Shown here piece by piece: positions 9,000 to 18,123 of a DNA stretch of 64,000 nt. The DNA lies in the IMG/VR virus record IMGVR_UViG_3300028840_002420, positions 49,208-113,207 of that record. One strand, written 5' to 3'. This stretch comes from a virus. The stretch's first letter is position 1. Every line of letters begins with the position of its first letter. Both the position numbers and the translations under genes were made by a program. A model generated the notes under the pieces. The model was not told the DNA's origin and searched no databases. It saw only the letters and a program-made list of their open reading frames with translations.

Positions 9000-9470
9000 A
9001 TGATGTACCAGTGGGATCGGATTGTTGGCCAGATCGTGTGGGCTCGGGCTCGAGCTGCGAGGATCTTCGGCCTCCCTCCAGAAGAGTTGATGGCTGTCGG
9101 GCGAGCTGCAGCGGTGGAGGCTGAGCAGTCGTGGCAGTCATCGGGCGGCCGGTCGATGAGCAGTTGGGTGTATCTCAGCGTACAGATCGCGGTGCAGCGC
9201 GCCATGGTGGCCGCTGGTCGTTACGCTGCGGAAGAGGAAGAGGTCGGAGTCGATCCGGAGCCCGAAGCTCAGTATTTTATCCGGGAGGCGCTCGAGTACC
9301 TGGAAGCACGGTTACCCAGCGAGGACTGGGTGCTGTTGTGGCTATATCACGCGGAAGGTCGAAATTGCGTTGAGTTAGCTGAGCGTTGGGGGATCGCGCA
9401 TCAGTCGATGAGGCGGAAGATCAGCAAGGCGCGAAAAAAGGCGGCTACACTTTGCGCGCTGTACGCATAG
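9000..9470 (+). CDS. Phage RNA polymerase sigma factor (short sigma70/ECF-like)
   Basis: Region-2-like EELMAVGRAAAVEAEQSW..SGGRSMSSWVY and region-4 HTH LLWLYHAEGRNCVELAERWGIAHQSMRRKISKA. Confidence 0.75.
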   Translation: MMYQWDRIVGQIVWARARAARIFGLPPEELMAVGRAAAVEAEQSWQSSGGRSMSSWVYLSVQIAVQRAMVAAGRYAAEEEEVGVDPEPEAQYFIREALEYLEARLPSEDWVLLWLYHAEGRNCVELAERWGIAHQSMRRKISKARKKAATLCALYA

Positions 9471-9473
9471 TAG
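9444..9473 (+). promoter_or_regulatory. Class A phage promoter motif GCTACA-N16-CATAGTAG
   Basis: Overlaps the 3' end of the sigma gene; followed by AGGAG RBS and ATG 9489. Confidence 0.75.
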
Positions 9474-9488
9474 AGATAGGAGCGAGAA

Positions 9489-10508
9489 ATGTCGGACGAA
9501 GAACTGCCTGAAATCTCTGATGCTGACTTCGCGGCGATGACGGCTCAGGCTCACGAGCTGGGCATTCATTACACGGGGGTCGATCCGCTCGAGCTGCAGG
9601 CGTTTATCGCGATGGCTCAAGCGGATCGCGGACCAGAGCATCCTGTGCCGTGCTTTGGACTGAGCTACGATCCGAGTCATCGGCCGTGCAGGATTTGTCA
9701 GATGCGGAATCCGTGCGCCGATGCTGACAAAAAGCCGCGGGTTGAGGTGGCGGATGTGCGGCGGCTCGAGCCAGTTCCGTGTGAAGCCTGCAGGAGGGGA
9801 GAGCTGAACATCGAGCTGCAGGATGTCGAGACGCACGAGATTCGGGACTACGGATGCTCGACCCATGGGTGTCAGAATACGCTGGGCATCCAGGTCGGGT
9901 GGGAAAGTGGCAGCCGTCCGACCGAGATTGTGCTGGGTGAGGCTGACGCCGATGAGGAAGCAGCAAAGGTAGAGACGGAGGCTGAAGCGGAGCCAGAGAA
10001 GCCCGCTCTTGAAGTGATCGATGGGGGAAAGTCCAAGCCCAAAAAGAAGGTCACGGTCAAAAAGCCTTCGGCGAAGAAAGCTCCGGCGAAGAAAGCTGCG
10101 AAGGCCCCAGCGAAGAAGGCCCCAGAGAAGAAGGCTCCAGCGAAGAAGGCTCCAGCGAAGAAGGCCCCAGCGAAGAAGGCCCCAGCGAAGAAGGCCCCAG
10201 CGAAGAAGGCCCCAACGAAGGCCGCGAAGAAGGCTCCAGCGAAGGCCGCGAAGAAGGCTCCAGCGAAGAAAATTACAGTCAAGCGAGCTCCGCCCAAGAA
10301 ACCGCGAGCTGGGGCGGATCTGAGCTTCGTTTGGGATGGGCGTACTTACGATTCGCTAACGGCGATTGCGGAAGCAATCACCAAGACGCGGAATTGGAGC
10401 GGGCCGAAGTTTTTCAAAATCCGGTCAGCTGATCTGCAGCCAGGGATCACGCTGAGCCGAGTTTTCGAGGGCGATGAGTACGTCGTCTCAGTGGAGAAGC
10501 GCAAATGA
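9489..10508 (+). CDS. Multi-domain DNA-binding protein: Cys clusters, histone H1-like PAKKA repeats, DUF2924-like C-terminus
   Basis: CFGLSYDP...CRIC....C; CEAC...CSTHGC; many PAKKA units; FVWDGRTYDSLTAIAEAITKTRNWSGPKFF. Confidence 0.8.
   Translation: MSDEELPEISDADFAAMTAQAHELGIHYTGVDPLELQAFIAMAQADRGPEHPVPCFGLSYDPSHRPCRICQMRNPCADADKKPRVEVADVRRLEPVPCEACRRGELNIELQDVETHEIRDYGCSTHGCQNTLGIQVGWESGSRPTEIVLGEADADEEAAKVETEAEAEPEKPALEVIDGGKSKPKKKVTVKKPSAKKAPAKKAAKAPAKKAPEKKAPAKKAPAKKAPAKKAPAKKAPAKKAPTKAAKKAPAKAAKKAPAKKITVKRAPPKKPRAGADLSFVWDGRTYDSLTAIAEAITKTRNWSGPKFFKIRSADLQPGITLSRVFEGDEYVVSVEKRK
10068..10270 (+). repeat. Coding 15-bp tandem repeat (PAKKA)
   Basis: Units of CCAGCGAAGAAGGC(C/T) with variants. 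Confidence 0.9.
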
Positions 10509-11059
10509 ACGGACATACAATCATCCGCGTCAAGAGCTTCGAGGACCTGATCCACAAGGTGATGGCGTTCAGCTCGTTTCGTATTCAGGATCGGCTTTAC
10601 AGCGCGGAGTTATTGGTTCCGCAGCTGGTGATCGACAACAAGGATCTGCTCACCGAGTCGGCGATGTGTGCGGCTTTCGTGTTGTATTGGGGCCGAGAAG
10701 CTGCAGCGGCTCGACGGGCAAAGGCTCGGGTCGAGTCAGCCTATCGGACGTGGCGGGACCGGACGTGGCTGGAGATCAAGCACACGCCGTTGCCTGATAC
10801 AGAAGGCAAGCCGAAGTATCCAACGGATGCTCACGTGGAGCGGCTGCTACACCAGCACCCAGAATACGGGGAATGGCGCGGCCGTCAGGACGACGCTCAG
10901 GAAGCGGCCGAGAACGCCGAAGCGGTGCACCTGGCATTTCAGACCAAAGCTGAGCTGATCAAAAATCAACAGCGTCTGCTGCATGATGAGGCAGGCGGTC
11001 CTTACCAGATCGCGGAGGAGCCGCGACAGACTCAGGCTAGAGAGCCCAAAGTCAGCTAG
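10505..11059 (+). CDS. UvsY-like recombination mediator
   Basis: Helical protein with [16 protein letters not shown]...AFQTK pattern, located before SSB and RecA. Confidence 0.55.
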   Translation: MNGHTIIRVKSFEDLIHKVMAFSSFRIQDRLYSAELLVPQLVIDNKDLLTESAMCAAFVLYWGREAAAARRAKARVESAYRTWRDRTWLEIKHTPLPDTEGKPKYPTDAHVERLLHQHPEYGEWRGRQDDAQEAAENAEAVHLAFQTKAELIKNQQRLLHDEAGGPYQIAEEPRQTQAREPKVS

Positions 11060-11069
11060 GAGGAAATCG

Positions 11070-12584
11070 ATGTCTGGCGATCAACGTTACCCACAGTACC
11101 CATTGCCTGGGCAGGGCGCTGTTCACGGGGCGGTAGCGCCTCATGGGCATCCCGAGCAGGCTCCACAGGGCCAGCCTCCACAGGGCCAGCCTCCACAGGG
11201 CCAGCCTCCACAGGGCCAGCCTCCACAGGGCCAGCCTCCACAGCAGGCTCCGCAGCAGGGTTATCCGCAGCAGTTTTCTCCAGAGGCCGCAGTTGCCGAG
11301 GGAGTGCTGGCTGGTGCCGGTTATCCGCAGCAGTCGCCGCAGCAGTCGCCGCAGCAGTCGCCGCAGCAAGCGCCGGGACAGCCGTGGAATCAATCGGCTG
11401 ACTTGCCTCCAGAGATGGCGGCAGCGATGGCCGATGCTGTGGATCAGTCCCGTGTCGGCGGGTCCGATGCGGATTTCTGGCGACCGAACAAGCCGAAGAA
11501 CGTCGGAGAGACGGCGGAGTCGGTTGTCCGGGTGTTCCCGAGCTGGACGGGGGATCCGCGTATGCCGTTCTGGCATATGTCGTGGCGGCATTTTTGCATG
11601 GTCCAGCTAGAGGACGGCAGCAAGCGGCGCCAGCCGCGGAATTGCCCAGCCAAGAACGTACCGCCAGGCAGTCCACCGGGTCGTTGTGCTATCTGCGACC
11701 GACGCGAGCGGGCGTTGGCGGCCGGCGACGAAAAGACGGCGAAGACGCTCGAGCCGAAACCGCGGTTCTACATGAACGTGATCGACGCCAATGACCAGGA
11801 CGCTCATTGGAAGGTCGATCCGCAGACCGGGCAGAATGTGCCTGTCGCTAAGGTGTGGGATTGCACGCCGGGGCTGTTCAAGAAGCTGACGAACGTCATT
11901 TCTGCTAAGGGCGCGATTTACGATATGCAGGTCGGGCGCTATCTCAAGGTATTCGCAGCGAAGCACGGCAGCGAGGACCGAGATGTGCGGTTCGATTGCA
12001 CCGACGCGACGGATCCATGTCCGGTTCCGGCTGGATTCGAGCAGACAGTGTTGGTCGCGTTGGACAAGCTCGATTCGGCTCGCTCGTATGAAGAGCTGGC
12101 GAACGATATCGCGGCGACCTATCCCGATCCCCAGGGAATGCCCGTTGGAGGCGCGCAGCAGCCGCCGCAGCAGCCGCCGCAAGCTCAGCCCCCTTATGGG
12201 CCACCAGCGGGTTACGGACAGCCACAGGCGCAGCAGGGCTATCCGCAGCAGGGCTATCCGCAGCAGGGCTATCCGCAGCAGGGCTATCCGCAGCAGGGCT
12301 ATCCGCAGCAGGGCTATCCGCAGCAGGGCTATCCGCAGCAGGGCGCTCCGCAAGGTCCTCCGCAAGGTCCTCCACAGGGCTACCCGCAGCAGGCCGCTCC
12401 GCAGCAGGGCTATCCGCAGCAGGGCGCTCCGCAAGGTCCTCCACAGGGCTACCCGCAGCAGGGCGCTCCGCAAGGCGCTCCACAGGGCTACCCGCAGCAG
12501 GGCGCTCCGCAAGGCGCTCCGCAAGGTCCTCCGCAGCAGGGCGCTCCGCAAGGTGCACCGGGAGGTGATGATGTCCCTTTCTAG
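11070..12584 (+). CDS. Single-stranded DNA-binding protein (T4 gp32-like core) with long Q/P/G/Y low-complexity tails
   Basis: VRVFPS...PFW...H...NCP...CAIC...[11 protein letters not shown] core; acidic tip DDVPF; AGGAGG RBS before ATG 11070. Confidence 0.8.
   Translation: MSGDQRYPQYPLPGQGAVHGAVAPHGHPEQAPQGQPPQGQPPQGQPPQGQPPQGQPPQQAPQQGYPQQFSPEAAVAEGVLAGAGYPQQSPQQSPQQSPQQAPGQPWNQSADLPPEMAAAMADAVDQSRVGGSDADFWRPNKPKNVGETAESVVRVFPSWTGDPRMPFWHMSWRHFCMVQLEDGSKRRQPRNCPAKNVPPGSPPGRCAICDRRERALAAGDEKTAKTLEPKPRFYMNVIDANDQDAHWKVDPQTGQNVPVAKVWDCTPGLFKKLTNVISAKGAIYDMQVGRYLKVFAAKHGSEDRDVRFDCTDATDPCPVPAGFEQTVLVALDKLDSARSYEELANDIAATYPDPQGMPVGGAQQPPQQPPQAQPPYGPPAGYGQPQAQQGYPQQGYPQQGYPQQGYPQQGYPQQGYPQQGYPQQGAPQGPPQGPPQGYPQQAAPQQGYPQQGAPQGPPQGYPQQGAPQGAPQGYPQQGAPQGAPQGPPQQGAPQGAPGGDDVPF
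11161..11243 (+). repeat. Coding 15-bp tandem repeat (PQGQP) x5
   Basis: CTCCACAGGGCCAGC, five perfect units plus a partial one. Confidence 0.95.
12231..12344 (+). repeat. Coding 15-bp tandem repeat (QQGYP) x7
   Basis: CAGCAGGGCTATCCG, seven perfect units, followed by degenerate units to about 12555. Confidence 0.95.
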
Positions 12585-12589
12585 GGGAT

Positions 12590-12795
12590 GGGAGCAGCAC
12601 GCAGGCGCCGAAGCCCCCGGTTGATGGCCGGGGGATTCCGCGCTGCTGGGGCCGTTGGTGGGCCGACGATCGGACGTGTCGAGCTTGCTGGGTGGCTGAA
12701 GCATGCGAGCAGCAATCGCCGGGTGACAAGCCGCTCGAACCAGTCACTGGTGATCCCGCAGATCCTGAAGAATTGGAGCGGCAATTGCGGGGTTG
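12590..12795 (+). ncRNA. Candidate structured RNA / cis-regulatory leader of the recA-like gene
   Basis: Several stems with G-U pairs and a possible 7-bp loop-loop pairing (see findings). Confidence 0.4.
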
Positions 12796-13962
12796 ATGAT
12801 GCCGAAACCTTCCAAAACGACCACCAAGAAAGCTACTAAGAAGGCTACCAAGAAGGTCTCGCCGAAGCGTAAATCGTCGGGCTCAAAAGCCAAGCAGGCG
12901 ACACAGCTGCAGGTGCTCACTGAGGTTCACGATTACTTTTCGAATCACAAGCAATTCGCTGGCCAGCTGATCAAGATGGATTCGCTGGACAATACTGTGC
13001 CCGGCTACGTTTCGAGTCAGAGTCTGGCGCTGGATTGGATAGCGGGCAACGGTGGCTTTCCGATGTCGCGGGTGATCGATGTCAGCGGTGACGAAGGCAC
13101 GGGCAAGAGTACGCTGGGTGATCACATCATGGCGGAAGTCCAGCGGCTTGGGGGTCACGCTTATTTGTGGGATCCGGAGAACGCTCGAGACAACCGCTAC
13201 CAGAAGCAGCTCGGAATCGCTCGGTCGCGAGCGGCTCAGATCGTCAGCCACACGATGGAGGATGGTTTCGAGCTGATGATCGAGATACTGCAGCAGCACC
13301 TGATGAAAGATCCTTTACGGCCTGGGATCATTCTTTGGGATACACCGGCCGGGACGCCAACACGTAACGAGGCCGATCCAGAAAAGACTGACGAGCGGAT
13401 GGGGCCGGCGAAAATTATCCGGGGATACCTGCGTAAGCTGAATCAGATTCTGATGCAGACGCGTTGGGTCCTCTGCGTGATCAATCAGACCTATCGCGGG
13501 CACATGCAGTCCGGACAGACCTACAAAGCTGTGTACGGGGGCGGTGGGATCCCGTTCTATTCGAGTTGTCGGCTGGAGATCAGTCACGTCAGTCGGTTTT
13601 GGCGCAGCTCTACGGACAAGTCGCGGGGAATGCCCCCGTTGGGGCAGACTGCGTGGGTGCGGAATATCAAAAATCGCTGCGGGATGCCGTGGCGGTCGCG
13701 TCAGATCTGCATCGAGTTCGGTCAGGGGATCGATAACTACTGGACGATGTTCGATACGCTCAAGGGCTACGGGGCGCTTGAAGTTAGCTCGAACGGCTGG
13801 GCTGCTTTCGATCCGGACTGTTATCCGGAGCTGGCCAAGGCCGTACCAAAGAAGTGGCAGACCGGGTACCAGGGGCTCAAGCATTTCGTGGCTGAAGATC
13901 CGAATCTGTGGCCGCTGCTGATCGAGGTATATAAGTCGATTGAGGAGAGCTGGAATGTCTGA
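12796..13962 (+). CDS. recA: RecA/UvsX-like recombinase
   Basis: SLALDWIAGNGGFP, Walker A GDEGTGKS, DPEN, ILWDT, VINQ, GGGGIPFYSSCRL, IKNR. Confidence 0.92.
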   Translation: MMPKPSKTTTKKATKKATKKVSPKRKSSGSKAKQATQLQVLTEVHDYFSNHKQFAGQLIKMDSLDNTVPGYVSSQSLALDWIAGNGGFPMSRVIDVSGDEGTGKSTLGDHIMAEVQRLGGHAYLWDPENARDNRYQKQLGIARSRAAQIVSHTMEDGFELMIEILQQHLMKDPLRPGIILWDTPAGTPTRNEADPEKTDERMGPAKIIRGYLRKLNQILMQTRWVLCVINQTYRGHMQSGQTYKAVYGGGGIPFYSSCRLEISHVSRFWRSSTDKSRGMPPLGQTAWVRNIKNRCGMPWRSRQICIEFGQGIDNYWTMFDTLKGYGALEVSSNGWAAFDPDCYPELAKAVPKKWQTGYQGLKHFVAEDPNLWPLLIEVYKSIEESWNV

Positions 13963-14278
13963 CAGGGATGTTGTTGGCGAGCCGCGGATTATCGGTCTTG
14001 ACAGTCCGGAGTCGATTGTCCGGGTTTGTGAGACGAAGATCGACGAGCTGCAGAAGCACTTGGACGCGTTCCCAGGACCGTACGAGCCGCTGAACGGGAC
14101 CGAGTACATTGTCTGGGAACGTCGGGCGATGATGAAGATGGGGATCGCTCAGGGCTGGGTAGCGGCATTGGCTGCGATCAAGGTGCTGCCGTTCGAGATC
14201 GGAGAGCGGCTCAAGCATCGAGCTGTCGGTGTGATCAATCGGGCCGCGGCCAAAGTGCAGATGGGAGAGCGCCGCTGA
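13955..14278 (+). CDS. Hypothetical protein
   Basis: GGAG RBS; coupled to neighbours. Confidence 0.65.
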   Translation: MSDRDVVGEPRIIGLDSPESIVRVCETKIDELQKHLDAFPGPYEPLNGTEYIVWERRAMMKMGIAQGWVAALAAIKVLPFEIGERLKHRAVGVINRAAAKVQMGERR

Positions 14279-14733
14279 TGGTCTGCGTGCAGTGCGGGGC
14301 GCCGATGCCACAAGGTTATTGTCCCCACGGGCACAACCGTGGTGGGTTCGCAGCTCCGCTATCCGTCGAAGGGCAGAAGATCCGCGGGACGCTGCCGCCA
14401 CCTGGACAGTGGCTCGGGTGGTCGATCAATCTGACGCTGCCAGAGCCAGAGCACGTGTTCGAGGTGACGTTTCCTGTACCTCCGATGTTCGACATCTCGA
14501 CGGGGCCGGTGATGGAGGTGGTGTTCTGGTCGGATCTGGTCGCGAGATGGATTCACGGGGTGAGCTATCACTTCGATCAGGGGTTACCAGACGGCCATGT
14601 GCAGGTCGCTGTCGGTGATTTGGAGTGGGTTGGCCAGTGCGCTGATATCGGTGGGCGCGATGGCTTGATTCACGTGGTTCAGCAGCTGGAGGCTTATCAG
14701 CGTGGGATCCCCAGTCCTATCCCAGAGCATTAG
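14278..14733 (+). CDS. Hypothetical protein with N-terminal zinc ribbon
   Basis: CVQCG...CPHGH. Confidence 0.6.
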   Translation: MVCVQCGAPMPQGYCPHGHNRGGFAAPLSVEGQKIRGTLPPPGQWLGWSINLTLPEPEHVFEVTFPVPPMFDISTGPVMEVVFWSDLVARWIHGVSYHFDQGLPDGHVQVAVGDLEWVGQCADIGGRDGLIHVVQQLEAYQRGIPSPIPEH

Positions 14734-16699
14734 CGCGGCCAACGTTCCGTTGGAGAAGTCCGGGATTGACTGGACTGTCTGCCGAACCGTTGAGCAGCTT
14801 GAGCCGTTGGCGCGAGAGGTGGCCGATCAGAGCGTGTTCGGCTGGGACGTGGAGACGAGCGGTCGGTCGCCATGGGCGGGTAGACGGATTATCGGTCATT
14901 CGTTTGCGTGGCGCCGGCCGAACGGGCAGCTTGCGGCGTTTTATGCGCCGTGTCGTCATCGTTCGTGCGGGATGAGCTTGTTCGACGACTTGACGCAGAT
15001 CGAGCCGGAGACGCTGAGCGAAATGCTGCGGCCAGCGCTGGAGGGGCCGGCAGTCAAGCGCGGGCATAACATCTCGTTCGATATCCAATTTGCGGAGACG
15101 GACGGGATCAATGTCGCTCCGCCCGTGTTCGATACGATGCTGGCCTATCGGGTCTACAACGAGAACCTACGGAGCTATCGGCTCGGGCAGTGCTTGCTGT
15201 ACACCGAGGTTCCACATCAGCACGGTTGGAAAAACAGCGTCGAAGACGAGCTGAAGCGTGTCGCTCGGTTTCTGAAGATGAAGATCAGTGTGCTCAAGGA
15301 CCAGCATGGCCACGAGTACGTGCCGATCGATATCGAGGGGCGTTACGGCTGCCAAGACGCGGCCTACGAGTTCATGCTGGGGGATTTTCTCGAAGCTCGA
15401 AACTTCTGGCCAGAGACCACGCAGCTCGAGATGGATCTGTTGTGGTGCTGTCTGGATATCGAGAAGATCGGGGTTCCGCTGGACACAGGGGCGCTGGAAG
15501 AGCTGCGCGAGTTCTGTCGCCAGGAGATGCAAGATCTGTCGCCGCAGATCTGGACGCTCGCCGGCGAGGAATTCAAGATTACGAACGACAACGATTTGCG
15601 TCGGATTTTGTTCAGCAAGCTGAATTATCCGGTCATCAAAGAGACCAAAGGCGGCGCTCGTGGGAACAAACAGCCGAGTGTCGACGATGATTCGTTGTGG
15701 GCGCTCGAGACACGGCACGGGTGTCAGTTGGCGGCGCTTGTGCGGCGCTACAACAGCCACGATAAGATCTATTCGACCTATTCGACGAGCATCGTTGATC
15801 TGACAGACGCTCACGATATCTTGCACGGTGAGGTGAGGCAGTTCGGAGCGCGGACGGGTCGTGTTGCGATGGCGCGGCCGAACCTGCAGAACATTCCGAC
15901 CAGGACGCCGCTAGGTCGGAAAGTCAAAGCGGCGTTTCGTGCGCGTCAGGGAATGATCCGGTATTGCCTCGATTACAGTCAGCTCGAGCTGCGGGTGTTA
16001 GCGCATCTGTCGCAAGATCCGACGCTGCTGCGGATTTATCGTGAGGGCCTCGACGCTCATAAGACGACGGCGATCGAGGCGTTTGGGACGGCCGAAAAGA
16101 TCAATGGCGTGGACATGCGTCGGGTCGCGAAGATCCTCAACTTCGGGGTGTCGTTCGGGATGACCGAAGTGGGGCTGATGGGCAACATCAATAAGGATCT
16201 GCCCGAAGGCATGCCGCCGATTACTGAGGAGCAGGCCAAGGAGTTTCTGACGAGCTTCTATCGGCAGTATTCCGGAGTTGTGCGGTACCGCGATCGGTTG
16301 TTTTACGATATCCGAAACCAGGGCTGCCAGTTTGCGAACATGTTCGGGCGTCCGCGGAGGCTGCCGGCACTCAATCATAAGAGCAACACGGTGAGGCGTC
16401 GGGCGGAGCGGCAAGCGATCTCGACGATGGTCCAGGGCAGCGCGGCCGGTTTGGTCAAGCGCTGCATGCTGGCGACGTGGCAGTACCTGCAGGCACAGAC
16501 GCATTGCGAGGCCTACATGGTGCTCATGGTGCATGACGATTTGCAGTTCGATATGGCGCCGGATGGCAGTGCTCGGACGGTAAGAGAGGTGCACCGGATC
16601 ATGGAGAGCACCTGTCAGAATAAATTCAGCGTGCCGATCAAATCGGACGTGGAGTGGTTCACGACCAATTGGAACGAAAAGAAAGGGATGACGCTATGA
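14702..16699 (+). CDS. polA: DNA polymerase family A (3'-5' exonuclease + polymerase)
   Basis: ExoI DVET, ExoII HNISFD, ExoIII YGCQD; RTGR, NLQNIP, motif A DYSQLELR, motif B RRVAKILNFG, motif C VHDD. Confidence 0.95.
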   Translation: MGSPVLSQSISAANVPLEKSGIDWTVCRTVEQLEPLAREVADQSVFGWDVETSGRSPWAGRRIIGHSFAWRRPNGQLAAFYAPCRHRSCGMSLFDDLTQIEPETLSEMLRPALEGPAVKRGHNISFDIQFAETDGINVAPPVFDTMLAYRVYNENLRSYRLGQCLLYTEVPHQHGWKNSVEDELKRVARFLKMKISVLKDQHGHEYVPIDIEGRYGCQDAAYEFMLGDFLEARNFWPETTQLEMDLLWCCLDIEKIGVPLDTGALEELREFCRQEMQDLSPQIWTLAGEEFKITNDNDLRRILFSKLNYPVIKETKGGARGNKQPSVDDDSLWALETRHGCQLAALVRRYNSHDKIYSTYSTSIVDLTDAHDILHGEVRQFGARTGRVAMARPNLQNIPTRTPLGRKVKAAFRARQGMIRYCLDYSQLELRVLAHLSQDPTLLRIYREGLDAHKTTAIEAFGTAEKINGVDMRRVAKILNFGVSFGMTEVGLMGNINKDLPEGMPPITEEQAKEFLTSFYRQYSGVVRYRDRLFYDIRNQGCQFANMFGRPRRLPALNHKSNTVRRRAERQAISTMVQGSAAGLVKRCMLATWQYLQAQTHCEAYMVLMVHDDLQFDMAPDGSARTVREVHRIMESTCQNKFSVPIKSDVEWFTTNWNEKKGMTL

Positions 16700-16908
16700 C
16701 GTACACGCCGTTGAAACAGCAGGATACTGATCAAATCGGTAGTGCGGCGGCTAAGGTGTTGTTGGAGTGGGCCGCGCGGCATGAGTTGACGTGGATCCAG
16801 TTAAATCAATGTATCGAAGTCGCGCAGAAACAGGTGGCGGTGGATAGCTTAGAGGCAGCTCCTGGGGCTGTCGTGTCTGTTCCAAAAACGATCAGGAGGG
16901 GCCGATGA
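16696..16908 (+). CDS. Hypothetical protein
   Basis: ATGA overlaps with both neighbours. Confidence 0.6.
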   Translation: MTYTPLKQQDTDQIGSAAAKVLLEWAARHELTWIQLNQCIEVAQKQVAVDSLEAAPGAVVSVPKTIRRGR

Positions 16909-17939
16909 TCGTTTTCTCAGATCTGCATCTGCGTGAGAGCAGTGAGGACGTGTGCTTTCGAGTGCTCGAGCAAATCGAGCGAATGGCGCTCGAAGACGAT
17001 CAGCGGATCGTGTGCTGCGGTGACTTTTGGCACATTCGTTACCAGCTGAATGTCCGGCTGCTCAATCGAGTGTCCGAGCTGATGCGGCGCTGGGCTGATC
17101 TGGGGCTCGAGCTCGACCTGGTTCCCGGCAACCACGACCAGGTGGACGTGGCCGGACGGAATGCACTTGAAGTCTTCGAGGGGGACAACTGCGTGGTGTG
17201 GACTGAGCCGGGGATCAGCCACGACGGCCGTTTGGGCTTCGTTCCGTACCGCAAGGATCTGGAAGAGCAGGGTGGTTGTTTGAAGGCGGTTGTTGCTGAA
17301 GCTCCGTGGATCATCTTCGCGCATTTGGGGATCTGCGGAGCGGCTATGAACAATGGGCAGAAGGATCGGGACGGTCTTGATGCAGCGACGCAGCTCGTGT
17401 GTCCCCAGGCCCATTTGATTCTTGGGCACTATCATAAGCGGCAGACGGGAATGGGATGGGAGTACGTAGGATCTCCGTACCAGACAAGCTTCGGGGAGGA
17501 GGGGAACGTTTGCGGTGTTCTCCATTTGGTCCCGGAAACGATTGAGCGGCTGTGGATTCCGTTGGACGTGGGTGCACCGACACACCTGACGTTGAAGTGG
17601 GATCCGGCGAAGCAAGAACAGCCTCCAGTTCCGCGGATGACGTTAGCTCCAGACCGAAATGTGAAGGTGCGCCTCGATATCGAAGCGAGTCACGAGATGA
17701 TCGTTGGCGGGAAGTTCAAGCAGGTTCTCAAGACCGCGGGGCTCGATGGTGTGGAAGTTCGGATTGTCCCGACCAAGGTTGATCGTGAGCACAGGTTTGA
17801 GATTGGTGGGGGCGAGACGCTGTTGCAGGCTGCGGATCGGTTTGCGGCCGAGCGGTTGTCTGGTGGGGAGTGTGGCGCGAAGAGCGCGAATCAGCATCAG
17901 GCGGCAATGGTTGCGTTGCGGAGGTGGGCCGATGGATGA
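16905..17939 (+). CDS. sbcD: SbcD/Mre11-like metallophosphoesterase nuclease
   Basis: SDLH, GDFWH, GNHD, GHYH, GSPYQ motifs; adjacent to the SbcC-like ATPase. Confidence 0.9.
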   Translation: MIVFSDLHLRESSEDVCFRVLEQIERMALEDDQRIVCCGDFWHIRYQLNVRLLNRVSELMRRWADLGLELDLVPGNHDQVDVAGRNALEVFEGDNCVVWTEPGISHDGRLGFVPYRKDLEEQGGCLKAVVAEAPWIIFAHLGICGAAMNNGQKDRDGLDAATQLVCPQAHLILGHYHKRQTGMGWEYVGSPYQTSFGEEGNVCGVLHLVPETIERLWIPLDVGAPTHLTLKWDPAKQEQPPVPRMTLAPDRNVKVRLDIEASHEMIVGGKFKQVLKTAGLDGVEVRIVPTKVDREHRFEIGGGETLLQAADRFAAERLSGGECGAKSANQHQAAMVALRRWADG

Positions 17940-18123
17940 GGCGAGAAGTCTAGTTAGGCGTTTAGAAGAATTGAGGGCGCGTCTTGCTGAGCATCAGGCG
18001 CGAGAGGCAGATCTGCGCGAAGAGGTTGATGAGCTTCTTGCGGAAATAGAAGAATTCCAGAGGACGCCGACAAGGACTCCGGTCATTGGAACGTTGCCGT
18101 TGTTAGTGAGGGGCGCTCGATGA
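17932..18123 (+). CDS. Small coiled-coil protein
   Basis: GGAGG RBS; heptad-like sequence; lies between sbcD and sbcC. Confidence 0.55.
   Translation: MDEARSLVRRLEELRARLAEHQAREADLREEVDELLAEIEEFQRTPTRTPVIGTLPLLVRGAR

Noticed and set aside
10068-12560. Tandem repeats as a CRISPR array
   Set aside because: Units are 12-15 bp, in frame, have no unique spacers and encode low-complexity peptide; no cas genes
12761-12810. Hammerhead ribozyme (CTGAAGA core-like sequence)
   Set aside because: The following stem is not closed by GAAA and stems I/III cannot be built
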